Positions 42,116 through 50,551 of a stretch of DNA of 64,000 bases are shown here, one piece after another. Below the pieces are notes generated by a model. It did not search any database, was not told the DNA's origin, and saw only the letters and a program-made list of their open reading frames with translations. Position numbers and translations under genes: made by a program. Origin of the DNA: a virus; the IMG/VR virus record IMGVR_UViG_3300019487_000020, positions 1 to 64,000 of that record; one strand, 5' to 3'. The stretch's first letter is position 1. Every line of letters starts with the position of its first letter.

Positions 42116-44890
42116 TTGGCGACAAAAATCCAAGGCATAGCAGCCAGCGAGAACGTGGACAGCAGCGGCGAGAGGCTGCTGATCGCCGGCATGGACATCT
42201 CCAGCCTGGATAAGGATGGCGTGTTCACCTGGGAGCACGAGCTTAACGGCAAGAACCCAGCCCAGATAGTGGGCAAGATTTTAAAGGCCAAGAAGATATT
42301 CACCGAGCAGGACTGCGAGGACGATGCCCAGAGGAAGTTCTGGGACATGGCGCAGGTGCCGTACGTGTTCGTCATGGGCGAGCTTATGGACGACTACAAG
42401 GAGTCCGCCAAGGAAGTGGCCGGCATGCTGCACTACGACGCCGACCGGCCGTCGCAGAAGCCGGTGGTCAACTTCTCGATCGAGGGCTCCAAGCAGGAGA
42501 AGAAGGGCATGGAAGTGACCCGCTCGATCGCCCGCAAGGTGACCATCACCGTCACGCCGTGCAACAAAGCGGCCGTGGCCGAGCTTGTCTCGCCCGCGTC
42601 CCAGGACGGAGCCGCCTTCAACCCCGCCAAGGCCGACCCCAAGGAGCTTTTCATGAGCGATGTATTCAAGACAGAGACCCCGGCTGCCGAAGTGCTGCAG
42701 AAGGAAGAACGCTTCCAGGCCCCTGCCCGGCTCAAGGACTACAGGCCCAAGGCCGCCCAGGCTCCCGCCGGCTCCCCGGCCCCCAAGCTGAGAAACCCCA
42801 TGGCGTCGCCGTCGTCGCTACCGGGCAAGAAGATCGGCCAGACCAAGTCCGGGATGGACGTCATGAGCCACCAGCGCGCCAGGGAGTACAAGGGCTTCAG
42901 CGCGCAGGACCACGCCGAGGCCGCCAACTTGCACCACGGGGCAGCGCAGGCGTCCAAGGACCCTAGGATGGGCAGGCACCACCTGGACCAGATGAACTTC
43001 CACCTGGCCCATGCGCGCCAAGGCGAGAGGAAGCAGAGCAGGCTCAGCCAGGGCCGTGCCGCCAACAAGGCCCGCGGAATGACGCCGTTCGCCTCGGCCA
43101 GGCAGATCAACATGGACAAAGGCAGCAGGGCCATGCTGGGCAACACCATTGGCGGCAAGACGTTGGTCATGCAGAAAGACAGTCCGAAGCAAGCGCCCGG
43201 CAAAGTCAATGCACCCGCTGTCCGCGGCCACGGCCGTTTGGGGGTAGAGTTCGACCCGTCGGCGAAGCCCAGGGCCGGCTACCCGTCTAGCGCCAAGGAG
43301 CAACGGGAAAGGCTTGCAGCCGAGCATGCCCGGGTAAGCGAGCACTACAGACGCAAGCCAGAGGACCAGAAGCTAAAGAAGGCCATAGAGGCCGGCTCGG
43401 CCAATGCCGCGCCTGGTGCGCTAAGCCAAGGCGCTGCGCTTGGAAAGCAAAGGATGGAGAAAGACATGAAGAAGTCAGGCGGCTGGAGGGAAGACAAGGA
43501 GCTTAACCCGGACAGCGAGGTCAACCCGGCCTACAGCGCAAGCAACGGCGACCGCTTCCACGTGGCGCATGTCGCCAACAAGCACCCAAAGACCGGCCTC
43601 TACCATGTAGAGCACCACTCCACTGGCGGCGGCGGAATGGGCGACGACACCAAGTACCACTACAAGAGCAAGGGATTTAAGACCGCCCATGCGGCGCACG
43701 CCCACCTAAAGAGCTACGTGCACAACAGCGAGCCGGGCGAGGGCGGCGCGGAGCCGGCCAGCAGCAAGCACAAGCTTGAGCTAAAGCCGGAAGTCAAGAA
43801 GTCCGAGTTGGCCAAGGCCAGGGTGGATGAAGGCAGCAGCCTAGAGCACAAAGTAAGGGCTAGGCAGGCTCGCAATGACCGAGAAGTTGAAAGAACCAAA
43901 ACTCCTACTGGACAACCAACTCGCACTGCGCACTCTGGTCATAGACGTGCCTACGACCTGGAAGAGGGCAGGGTTCGAGGCGAAGGCTACAAGTCCTCCA
44001 TCAAACCAGCCGAGCGCAGGCACGGCGAGAGAATTGTTGGTCGGCCAAAAGAGCAAGATGAAAAATCTGGCGTGCACGTTCACTCCTCTACGTTCTCCCG
44101 TCAGGGCCGTAACAAGGCGGGCGAGGGCGCCACTGGAGCACTAAGCGAAAAAGGCGGCTCAAAATCATGGCGTCATGGCGGAAAGTACCACTCCTACGGC
44201 GGAGAGAAGGCTGCACACGAGGACGTAATGTCCGGCATAAAAAATACTAAGCCCAAGTTGGCCAAGGGTGAACGTCTGGCGTCTCACAACATTCCAAAGG
44301 ACCATCCGGTCCAGCCCCTCAAGCCCGGGCAAAAGGCAAAGGACCCTGCCACATGCGGGTCATGCGGCTTGAGCTGGGACGACGGAGTCTCCACCTCCAT
44401 GACGCCAACGCCGTCTGCCAGGTGCCCATTCGAGTCATTCCACAAGCCCGAAAAGGCGCGCAAAATGGACAAATCCGAGGCCCTGGAGCGCGCCGAGCAG
44501 GCGTGGTCGTCCTGGCCGAAGCGACAAGCGGTGGAGAAGTTTTTGGAAAGCCGGCTGCCCTCCATGGGCAAGTCCGAGCGCGACGCCCTAGGCAAGGTAA
44601 TCGCCTACCGGCACGAAATGCGCCAGGAAGCAGCGCTAGAGGAGCTTGCCAAGGCCTACAAAGGGCCGGAGACCCACTACGGCGCCGGGCAGCACCCTGA
44701 GCACGGAGACGTGGAGTACTCGTACAGCGTCTCCCGCGGCACCGAGAAGGGCCGTGCAATGCCAGACCACGTCAAGCTGCACTCCGCAGGCGTCAAGCAC
44801 GGCGTGCACGTACACCCCGACGACCTCAGCGACAAGGACAAGGACCACTTCAGGAAGCTGGCGGCCGACCACTGGAACTCCAGAAAGTAG
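42116..44890 (+). CDS. prohead-protease-like N-terminal domain fused to a long basic/His-rich region
   Basis: TTG 42116 lies 8 nt after GGGAGGA, and the track start at 42047 precedes the predicted transcription start. The N-terminus GIAASENVDSSGERLLIAGMDISSL..GVFTWEHE..IVGK resembles HK97-type prohead proteases. An internal segment mimics the capsid N-terminus. Confidence 0.4.
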   Translation: MATKIQGIAASENVDSSGERLLIAGMDISSLDKDGVFTWEHELNGKNPAQIVGKILKAKKIFTEQDCEDDAQRKFWDMAQVPYVFVMGELMDDYKESAKEVAGMLHYDADRPSQKPVVNFSIEGSKQEKKGMEVTRSIARKVTITVTPCNKAAVAELVSPASQDGAAFNPAKADPKELFMSDVFKTETPAAEVLQKEERFQAPARLKDYRPKAAQAPAGSPAPKLRNPMASPSSLPGKKIGQTKSGMDVMSHQRAREYKGFSAQDHAEAANLHHGAAQASKDPRMGRHHLDQMNFHLAHARQGERKQSRLSQGRAANKARGMTPFASARQINMDKGSRAMLGNTIGGKTLVMQKDSPKQAPGKVNAPAVRGHGRLGVEFDPSAKPRAGYPSSAKEQRERLAAEHARVSEHYRRKPEDQKLKKAIEAGSANAAPGALSQGAALGKQRMEKDMKKSGGWREDKELNPDSEVNPAYSASNGDRFHVAHVANKHPKTGLYHVEHHSTGGGGMGDDTKYHYKSKGFKTAHAAHAHLKSYVHNSEPGEGGAEPASSKHKLELKPEVKKSELAKARVDEGSSLEHKVRARQARNDREVERTKTPTGQPTRTAHSGHRRAYDLEEGRVRGEGYKSSIKPAERRHGERIVGRPKEQDEKSGVHVHSSTFSRQGRNKAGEGATGALSEKGGSKSWRHGGKYHSYGGEKAAHEDVMSGIKNTKPKLAKGERLASHNIPKDHPVQPLKPGQKAKDPATCGSCGLSWDDGVSTSMTPTPSARCPFESFHKPEKARKMDKSEALERAEQAWSSWPKRQAVEKFLESRLPSMGKSERDALGKVIAYRHEMRQEAALEELAKAYKGPETHYGAGQHPEHGDVEYSYSVSRGTEKGRAMPDHVKLHSAGVKHGVHVHPDDLSDKDKDHFRKLAADHWNSRK

Positions 44891-44896
44891 GTCATC

Positions 44897-45262
44897 TTGC
44901 TCAAGAACAGGGCAGTGGCAATCAAGATTCCAGGGGACAAGCCCGGGACCATGCTCATGGGCAAGCGCCGCGACAGCGGCAAGTGGACCCTGCCCGCCGG
45001 CCACCTGGAACACGGCGAGGACCCGAGGGACGGAGTGCTGAGGGAGCTGCACGAGGAAACCGGCATGCGAGCCCTCAAGCTGAAGATCAGAAAGATAACA
45101 GAGACGCCCGGCGGGTACTGCCTGTACGTGTTCGACGGCAAGGGGTTCGGGGTTCCCCGGCTAGGTTTGGACCCGGACGACGAGTTCTCGGAGCTTGACT
45201 ACGTGAACCCCGACGAGGTGGAGCTTCACCACCCTCGCGGCTCTAACGCCGCCCTGGACTAG
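44897..45262 (+). CDS. Nudix hydrolase
   Basis: The Nudix box GHLEHGEDPRDGVLRELHEETG matches GX5EX7REUXEEXGU. Confidence 0.85.
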   Translation: MLKNRAVAIKIPGDKPGTMLMGKRRDSGKWTLPAGHLEHGEDPRDGVLRELHEETGMRALKLKIRKITETPGGYCLYVFDGKGFGVPRLGLDPDDEFSELDYVNPDEVELHHPRGSNAALD

Positions 45263-45864
45263 GGCTTGAAGAACGCTCCTCCCGGGCCCCTTCCGCGACT
45301 GTCCACGTGGACCCAGGTAGAGCCTATTCCGTTGTCCTCCATCCTGGCCTTCAAGCTGTTCAGTTTAGGAAGCAGCAACGCCCTGGTCCTGTCGCAGTTC
45401 TTGCCCGCGGACCCTAGGCCGAAGTCAACGCTGAAATCCACCGCTGCCATGAGGCCCCACTTGGCATCTTTGCGCGCGGTGTGAGCGCTGAGCGTGGCCC
45501 CGCCAATGAGCTTGTTGTACTCGACGCTGCGGAAAGCTACGTGCACGTTCTTGGACTTGGCGCCTGCGTCCCTCAGCGCCTCCCACGTTGGGTCCATGAT
45601 GTCGTTGAACAGCCTGGCCAGGGCCTCCTTGGCGTCGTCGTCCAGGCCGTCCTCCAGCGTGGCCAGCCGCTTCCACCTGGGCAGCCAGCATGCGTCCTTG
45701 ACCGTGAAGTGCTTGGAAATCTTACACAAGGGGTCGGACCAGTCCACGGCGGTGCCTTCCGGCTCCTTGCGTGATTCCGGGGCGGGCGCCGTTGGGGCGG
45801 CCGCCGCAGCCGGTGCCTGGGGCTTCTTGCCGAAGATCAGTTCTAGTATAAGCTTCAGGAACAT
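45259..45864 (-). CDS. peptidase M15 (YcbK/VanY-type) peptidoglycan hydrolase, endolysin candidate
   Basis: ATG 45864 follows AAGGAG. The motifs are FRSVEYNKLIGGATLSAH..AAVDF..WVHVDSR (zinc ligands H, D, H). A Pro/Ala linker follows a short N-terminal hydrophobic helix. Confidence 0.7.
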   Translation of the reverse strand: MFLKLILELIFGKKPQAPAAAAAPTAPAPESRKEPEGTAVDWSDPLCKISKHFTVKDACWLPRWKRLATLEDGLDDDAKEALARLFNDIMDPTWEALRDAGAKSKNVHVAFRSVEYNKLIGGATLSAHTARKDAKWGLMAAVDFSVDFGLGSAGKNCDRTRALLLPKLNSLKARMEDNGIGSTWVHVDSRGRGPGGAFFKP

Positions 45865-45914
45865 ACTCACTCCTTGATTGGGCCCATTTCGGGTCCCAGT
45901 GGGAAGATTGTAAG

Positions 45915-46286
45915 ATGGCCAGGCTTAGGCTTCAGATAGGAGAGTTCCACGAGTCCAAGGGCATCTTGGCTACGTGGGACCGCGCCGTGCACGACTTCCC
46001 CAAGGCCTTCCGGTACAAGGGCAGCCCGTGGGAGTGGGACGCATACGACCAGGACGAGACGGGCAAGGCCGACATTGTTCTGTACTTCTCCCCCGTGCCG
46101 CACTACCAGATGGGCGTGTACGCGGGCAGCCTGCCCGACTTGGAGAGGCTTCCGGGCCTAACGCTGTTCGGGGGCAGCGTGAGGGGGGAGTGCCAGTGCG
46201 GGGCTGCGTTCAGCCCGTTCGGGTTCGACCACATGAGGTTCTGCCCCATGCACGACCCTGGGTTCTGGAACAGGGGGAAGAGCTAG
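45915..46286 (+). CDS. hypothetical protein
   Basis: ATG start. Its stop overlaps the stop of the convergent gene (CTAG). Confidence 0.55.
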   Translation: MARLRLQIGEFHESKGILATWDRAVHDFPKAFRYKGSPWEWDAYDQDETGKADIVLYFSPVPHYQMGVYAGSLPDLERLPGLTLFGGSVRGECQCGAAFSPFGFDHMRFCPMHDPGFWNRGKS

Positions 46287-47047
46287 TCTCGCTGGTGCCT
46301 GTGCTCGTCGTGCTCGTCGCCGATGTAGGAGACGCGGCCGTCCTTGAAGCCGAAGCCCTTGGCGAGGTAGGTTAGCGTGCACCTGCAGTGCGGGTGCAGC
46401 CCGCAGACCGACGGCGAGGCGTCCCCCTTCTTGTGGTAGCCGTGGGCCAGCTCCGAGAACCTCCAGACCCTTGGGGTCACCTTGTCGTCCATGAGATGCA
46501 GGCGCTTGCACTCAGCGCACAAGGCGCCGTCCCTGACCACCACGAAGAAGACCAGCGGGTCCGCATCTCCCACGGCCGTGCCTACCTTCAGTATGTCCAG
46601 CGCGCTGCCCATGTTGCGCGTCTTGGTGGCTTCGGCCTCGGCGATCATGTTCAGGTGGCTCTTGGCCTTCTCCATCTCCTCGCCCACGATCTTCCTCACG
46701 CCCTCCTCCGTGGCCGGCTCGCTGGCTGCGTGCTGCTCGCGCACGTACCCGTCCAGGCGCTCCGCCAGGCTGGACTGCGTCTTGGCCTTGAGGGACTCGA
46801 TGTAGCCCGCTGCGCTGTCCAGCATGCCCTTTAGGGCGTCTGATTCAACTGGGTTGGGCGACTTGTTCTTCAGGGCCTGTATGAACAGGGACGGAAGGCT
46901 GTAGTGGGGCTGGTGCGTGATGATTAGGTGCTTCCCCTTCTTTCTGAACTTGGGAATTTCACCCAGCAGGTGCATGGCGATGTTGTCAAACATCTCGTCG
47001 ATGAGGTCGCGTATGCGGCCCTTGCCGCTACTGCTCATCCCGGCCAT
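46283..47047 (-). CDS. head morphogenesis protein, MuF / SPP1 gp7 family
   Basis: LCAECKRLH..GLHPHCRCTLTY matches the MuF C-terminal Cys motif. The gene lies downstream of the portal gene. Confidence 0.7.
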   Translation of the reverse strand: MAGMSSSGKGRIRDLIDEMFDNIAMHLLGEIPKFRKKGKHLIITHQPHYSLPSLFIQALKNKSPNPVESDALKGMLDSAAGYIESLKAKTQSSLAERLDGYVREQHAASEPATEEGVRKIVGEEMEKAKSHLNMIAEAEATKTRNMGSALDILKVGTAVGDADPLVFFVVVRDGALCAECKRLHLMDDKVTPRVWRFSELAHGYHKKGDASPSVCGLHPHCRCTLTYLAKGFGFKDGRVSYIGDEHDEHRHQRD

Positions 47048-47051
47048 GGGG

Positions 47052-47669
47052 TCAGTCCTTCTTGGTCAGCTTGTCCAGCAGTCCTTCGACGCCGAGCGTG
47101 TTGGCAATTTCCTTGGTGGTCTTGGACTCTTGCTCTTCCCACTTCTTCATGACGTCGGTTACGATCTTGTTCTGCATTGAGACTGCGATCTTCGAGTGAT
47201 GGTCCAGGTTCCTCTGGGCCGACAGGCCGAGTTGCCTGCTGCGTGTAAGCGCGCCCAGCTGGCGGATTGACTTCAGGCTCTTGGCGAGCGAGGCGTGCTC
47301 TTTGTAGGCCTTGATTCCCCCGAGGGCCTTCTTGATGGACGCCAAGTCGAACTCCGACTTCGACAAGTCCCCCCCGGCTCGCTCGGCTTTTTGCACGGCC
47401 TGCTCAAGCTCCGCGATGTGCTGGTCCATTTCCTCCGGCATAGGCTCGGGACCCTGCTGTCCAGGCTGTCCAGGCTGTCCCGGCGCGCCTTGGATTGGCT
47501 GGCCTGTTTCCGGGTCGATCTGTGGCTGCATGGCTGCCATGGCCTGGTCGATCTGGGCGTCTTTGCCGCCTTCCTCGTAGCCCATTCTGAACGCCATGTC
47601 TAGCGAGCTTAGGAACTTTGCTCTAAGCTCCATGTATTTGCGTCTGTAGTCAACAGCTTGGTTTTTCAT
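47052..47669 (-). CDS. hypothetical head-module protein
   Basis: Complete ORF with a central Gly/Pro/Gln-rich stretch. Confidence 0.6.
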   Translation of the reverse strand: MKNQAVDYRRKYMELRAKFLSSLDMAFRMGYEEGGKDAQIDQAMAAMQPQIDPETGQPIQGAPGQPGQPGQQGPEPMPEEMDQHIAELEQAVQKAERAGGDLSKSEFDLASIKKALGGIKAYKEHASLAKSLKSIRQLGALTRSRQLGLSAQRNLDHHSKIAVSMQNKIVTDVMKKWEEQESKTTKEIANTLGVEGLLDKLTKKD

Positions 47670-47706
47670 GCTGCACCCTTGTCTGCGTTGCAGTTGTTGT
47701 ACTGTT

Positions 47707-49554
47707 TCATTCGCCTTCTTCCTCTAAATCGTCTTGAACAAACATCTTCAGTATATCCATGGCATACGGCCTTTGTGACATATATGCCCTGACTGCCGCA
47801 GGATTTATCTGCGCCATTAGCTGAAACCATTGCAAGAAAAATGGATCTCTGGGATAGCGCAGCATCGGGTCTACGGCCGCCGAGGAGTTGCCCATAAACT
47901 CGGACATTAGCGTTCCAGTTTGAAGATATTTGTCTGCAATTACTTGAAATCGCTCATTGAACGGAAAATTACCCGCTAGATACTGCCCGACCGGGTCCTT
48001 GTCCACTTCGCTGAGCACTTCGTCGTAGTGCATGTGGATCGGCATGTCCTGCGCCAGGCGCAGCGACTCCTGCTCGCGGCTCATCGCGTCGAGCCCGCTC
48101 AGCTGCACCACGACCAGCTGGGCAAGCTCCGGGTCGATCAGCGGCATCAGCCTCTCGTTGATGAACGACTGGAACTTTAGAATCAGCGGCCGAAGGCCGG
48201 TGTCGCGGGCCGCAGTGAGCTTGAACTCGTTGTTGCTCTCCGAGAGGGTCTGCTGGTTGGTGCCCTTGGACAGATGGCCGTAGCCGGGAAGCTCGTCCGG
48301 GCTGATGTTGAAGGCCGAGAGGATGTTCCTGGCGACCTGGTCGTACATGAACTGGAAGTCCGTGTCCCTGGCGCCCTCGCCAACCATGGGCAGCCACTCG
48401 ACGTCGTCCTCCTTGCCGACCCCGAATATAGGGGTGCGGAAGGAGTTGGACACGTTGTTGATTGACGCGTTGAACTGCTGCTTGATGTCGTCAAGCGTGG
48501 GCTGGTCGATCTCGTCCGACTTGATGAGCAGCATGCCCTTCGCTGCGCGGCCGTTCTGGAAGAACAGCTTTTTGTAGATGTCGATCGAGATGTGGGTGGT
48601 GATCGAGCTTGCCACCGTGTCCATGGGGCTCACGGGGTAGCCGTTGTGCTCTACGTCCGTCGACGGGTACAGGTTGAATACGATGAGTTCTTTGTGGGTG
48701 AACGCCTGGCGGGGCATGCCGTCGATGACCTGAATCCACTCGTAGCCGTCCTCGGTGAACACGTCCTTGTCGATCTTGACGCCCGTGAGCCCCTCCAGCG
48801 CCTTGATGGAGCCCTCGCGCACGCCGGACAGGCCCTCGCCCTTCTTGAGGGTCTTGAATATGGTCGCGATGTCAACAGGCCTGAATCGGTGGAACTTCTC
48901 CGAGGAGTCGTACACGATTTCGGTTCCGAACCTGCCGAAGGTAAGGCCGTTGCGGCACTGCAGGTCCAAGAACTCTGCCAGCCCCATGCGCTCGTTGTCC
49001 TTGAGGCCCTCTACGTGTCCGCAGTTGATCAGGATTTTCTGGGCGCGCGCTATGCGGTCGCGCACCTTCGCAGTCTGCTCGGGGGTCATTTCCTCTTCAA
49101 ACTCGGGCCGGATGTCTATGTCCACGCCGACGTCAAACCTATTGGCCTTGACGTGGCCGTGCAGGGCCATGGTGTTGCCGCGTGCGCGCAGGATGGCGGC
49201 CACCAGGTGGTCCTGGATGCGGATCATCTTCAAGACGTCGTCTGGCAGCAGCCTTCGCTTGGTCTTGTACATGCCGGCGTAGCTTGCCGCCGGCGTAGGG
49301 TCTTCCGTGAAGGCTATTCGCGGCGCCTTGCGTGACGAGGCGCTGCCGGAGGCCTGCTTGATGGCGTACATCAGCGGGCCCTCGGCCTCTTCGGGGTCAG
49401 GGTTGAAGCCGGCCTTCTCTAGGGCGTCTTCCATTCCCGGGGACAGTGCGAAGGCGTACTGCTGCTTCTTGGGTGCCGCCGTGCTCACGATCGGACGGTC
49501 CTGCGCTGCGGCCATGGACTCTTGCGTGGGCTTTTTGGTGTTGTCTTCTGCCAC
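47707..49554 (-). CDS. portal protein
   Basis: 615 aa with a GTG start, positioned between the terminase and MuF genes. The assignment rests on size and synteny only. Confidence 0.6.
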   Translation of the reverse strand: MAEDNTKKPTQESMAAAQDRPIVSTAAPKKQQYAFALSPGMEDALEKAGFNPDPEEAEGPLMYAIKQASGSASSRKAPRIAFTEDPTPAASYAGMYKTKRRLLPDDVLKMIRIQDHLVAAILRARGNTMALHGHVKANRFDVGVDIDIRPEFEEEMTPEQTAKVRDRIARAQKILINCGHVEGLKDNERMGLAEFLDLQCRNGLTFGRFGTEIVYDSSEKFHRFRPVDIATIFKTLKKGEGLSGVREGSIKALEGLTGVKIDKDVFTEDGYEWIQVIDGMPRQAFTHKELIVFNLYPSTDVEHNGYPVSPMDTVASSITTHISIDIYKKLFFQNGRAAKGMLLIKSDEIDQPTLDDIKQQFNASINNVSNSFRTPIFGVGKEDDVEWLPMVGEGARDTDFQFMYDQVARNILSAFNISPDELPGYGHLSKGTNQQTLSESNNEFKLTAARDTGLRPLILKFQSFINERLMPLIDPELAQLVVVQLSGLDAMSREQESLRLAQDMPIHMHYDEVLSEVDKDPVGQYLAGNFPFNERFQVIADKYLQTGTLMSEFMGNSSAAVDPMLRYPRDPFFLQWFQLMAQINPAAVRAYMSQRPYAMDILKMFVQDDLEEEGE

Positions 49555-49562
49555 CGCTTACC

Positions 49563-50513
49563 TCACTCCACCGTCGCCAGGTAAAGCTTGGCGGCGGACG
49601 AGCCGTTGTTTGTTACCGCCAGGGACCACACCGCGCTGGTCCTGACCAGGAATCCCACGGACGGCTTTGCGCCGGCCGTAAGGGGCTCGATCTCGTCGCC
49701 CGCTGCTCCGTTGATCGTAAGCTGAACCGGCTGGTCGCTTTCCAGGTAGAGGAACTTCTTGGCGTTGGTGTAGATCGACAGGGCGTTGGTCGTGATTGGG
49801 TTTTCCTCGGGCAGCACGTCTGCGCTGTAGAACTCAATGTACGAGGCAGTGACCGCGGTGATCTCGAACACCTTGCGGGACACAGGGGAGAACCCGCCGG
49901 AGATCTTGAGCTTGTCGCCCTTCTGCACGCCGGCAGCGCTGTAGATGTTGATCTGTGCTGCGAAGCCTCCGCCTAGCGTGATCGGGCCCTCGGCCGCGCC
50001 CAGCTCGTTCTCTACCTGGAACGACGTGGCTGTGAGGGCCAGTACCTTGAACTCGCCCTGGTTGGCCGATGCGAACAGGCTGCCAATCCTGGCGTAGTCG
50101 CCCACGACCACCCCGCCGGCCAGCAGGCTAAGGGCTGTTCCGCCCGTGGAGGCGAACGTGAGCACGTTGCCGTTCTTGGTGACAGTCACCTCTGTGGTGT
50201 TGTCCGCGCCGGTAGTTCTCTGCTCCCTAAACAGCGGGGCGGTGCCGCCCACGTGCGCCAGTATGTAGGTGTTGGCCGAGCTTGGCTTGAGGGTTAGGCT
50301 ATACTGGGTGGTGCCGTCGTGCGCAAGTGTGCGAGAGCCATCGAAAATGATGCGAGTTTCCCCGGAAGCCACCTCGGTCTCGTCCGACAGCGGCCTGGCC
50401 GAGTCTATTCCCTGGATTTCCCTAGACCACTTGAGGTTGTTGAGGTTGGGCGCGTTGGACGCGTTCTGGTCACGGTAAGCATTTAGATGAAAGAGCACAT
50501 TTAATTTACTCAT
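49563..50513 (-). CDS. hypothetical beta-rich protein
   Basis: Complete ORF between the terminase and portal genes. Confidence 0.6.
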   Translation of the reverse strand: MSKLNVLFHLNAYRDQNASNAPNLNNLKWSREIQGIDSARPLSDETEVASGETRIIFDGSRTLAHDGTTQYSLTLKPSSANTYILAHVGGTAPLFREQRTTGADNTTEVTVTKNGNVLTFASTGGTALSLLAGGVVVGDYARIGSLFASANQGEFKVLALTATSFQVENELGAAEGPITLGGGFAAQINIYSAAGVQKGDKLKISGGFSPVSRKVFEITAVTASYIEFYSADVLPEENPITTNALSIYTNAKKFLYLESDQPVQLTINGAAGDEIEPLTAGAKPSVGFLVRTSAVWSLAVTNNGSSAAKLYLATVE

Positions 50514-50551
50514 AATTTATTTCGGCTTAGCCTCTTGCCCCTGTCCCAAGA

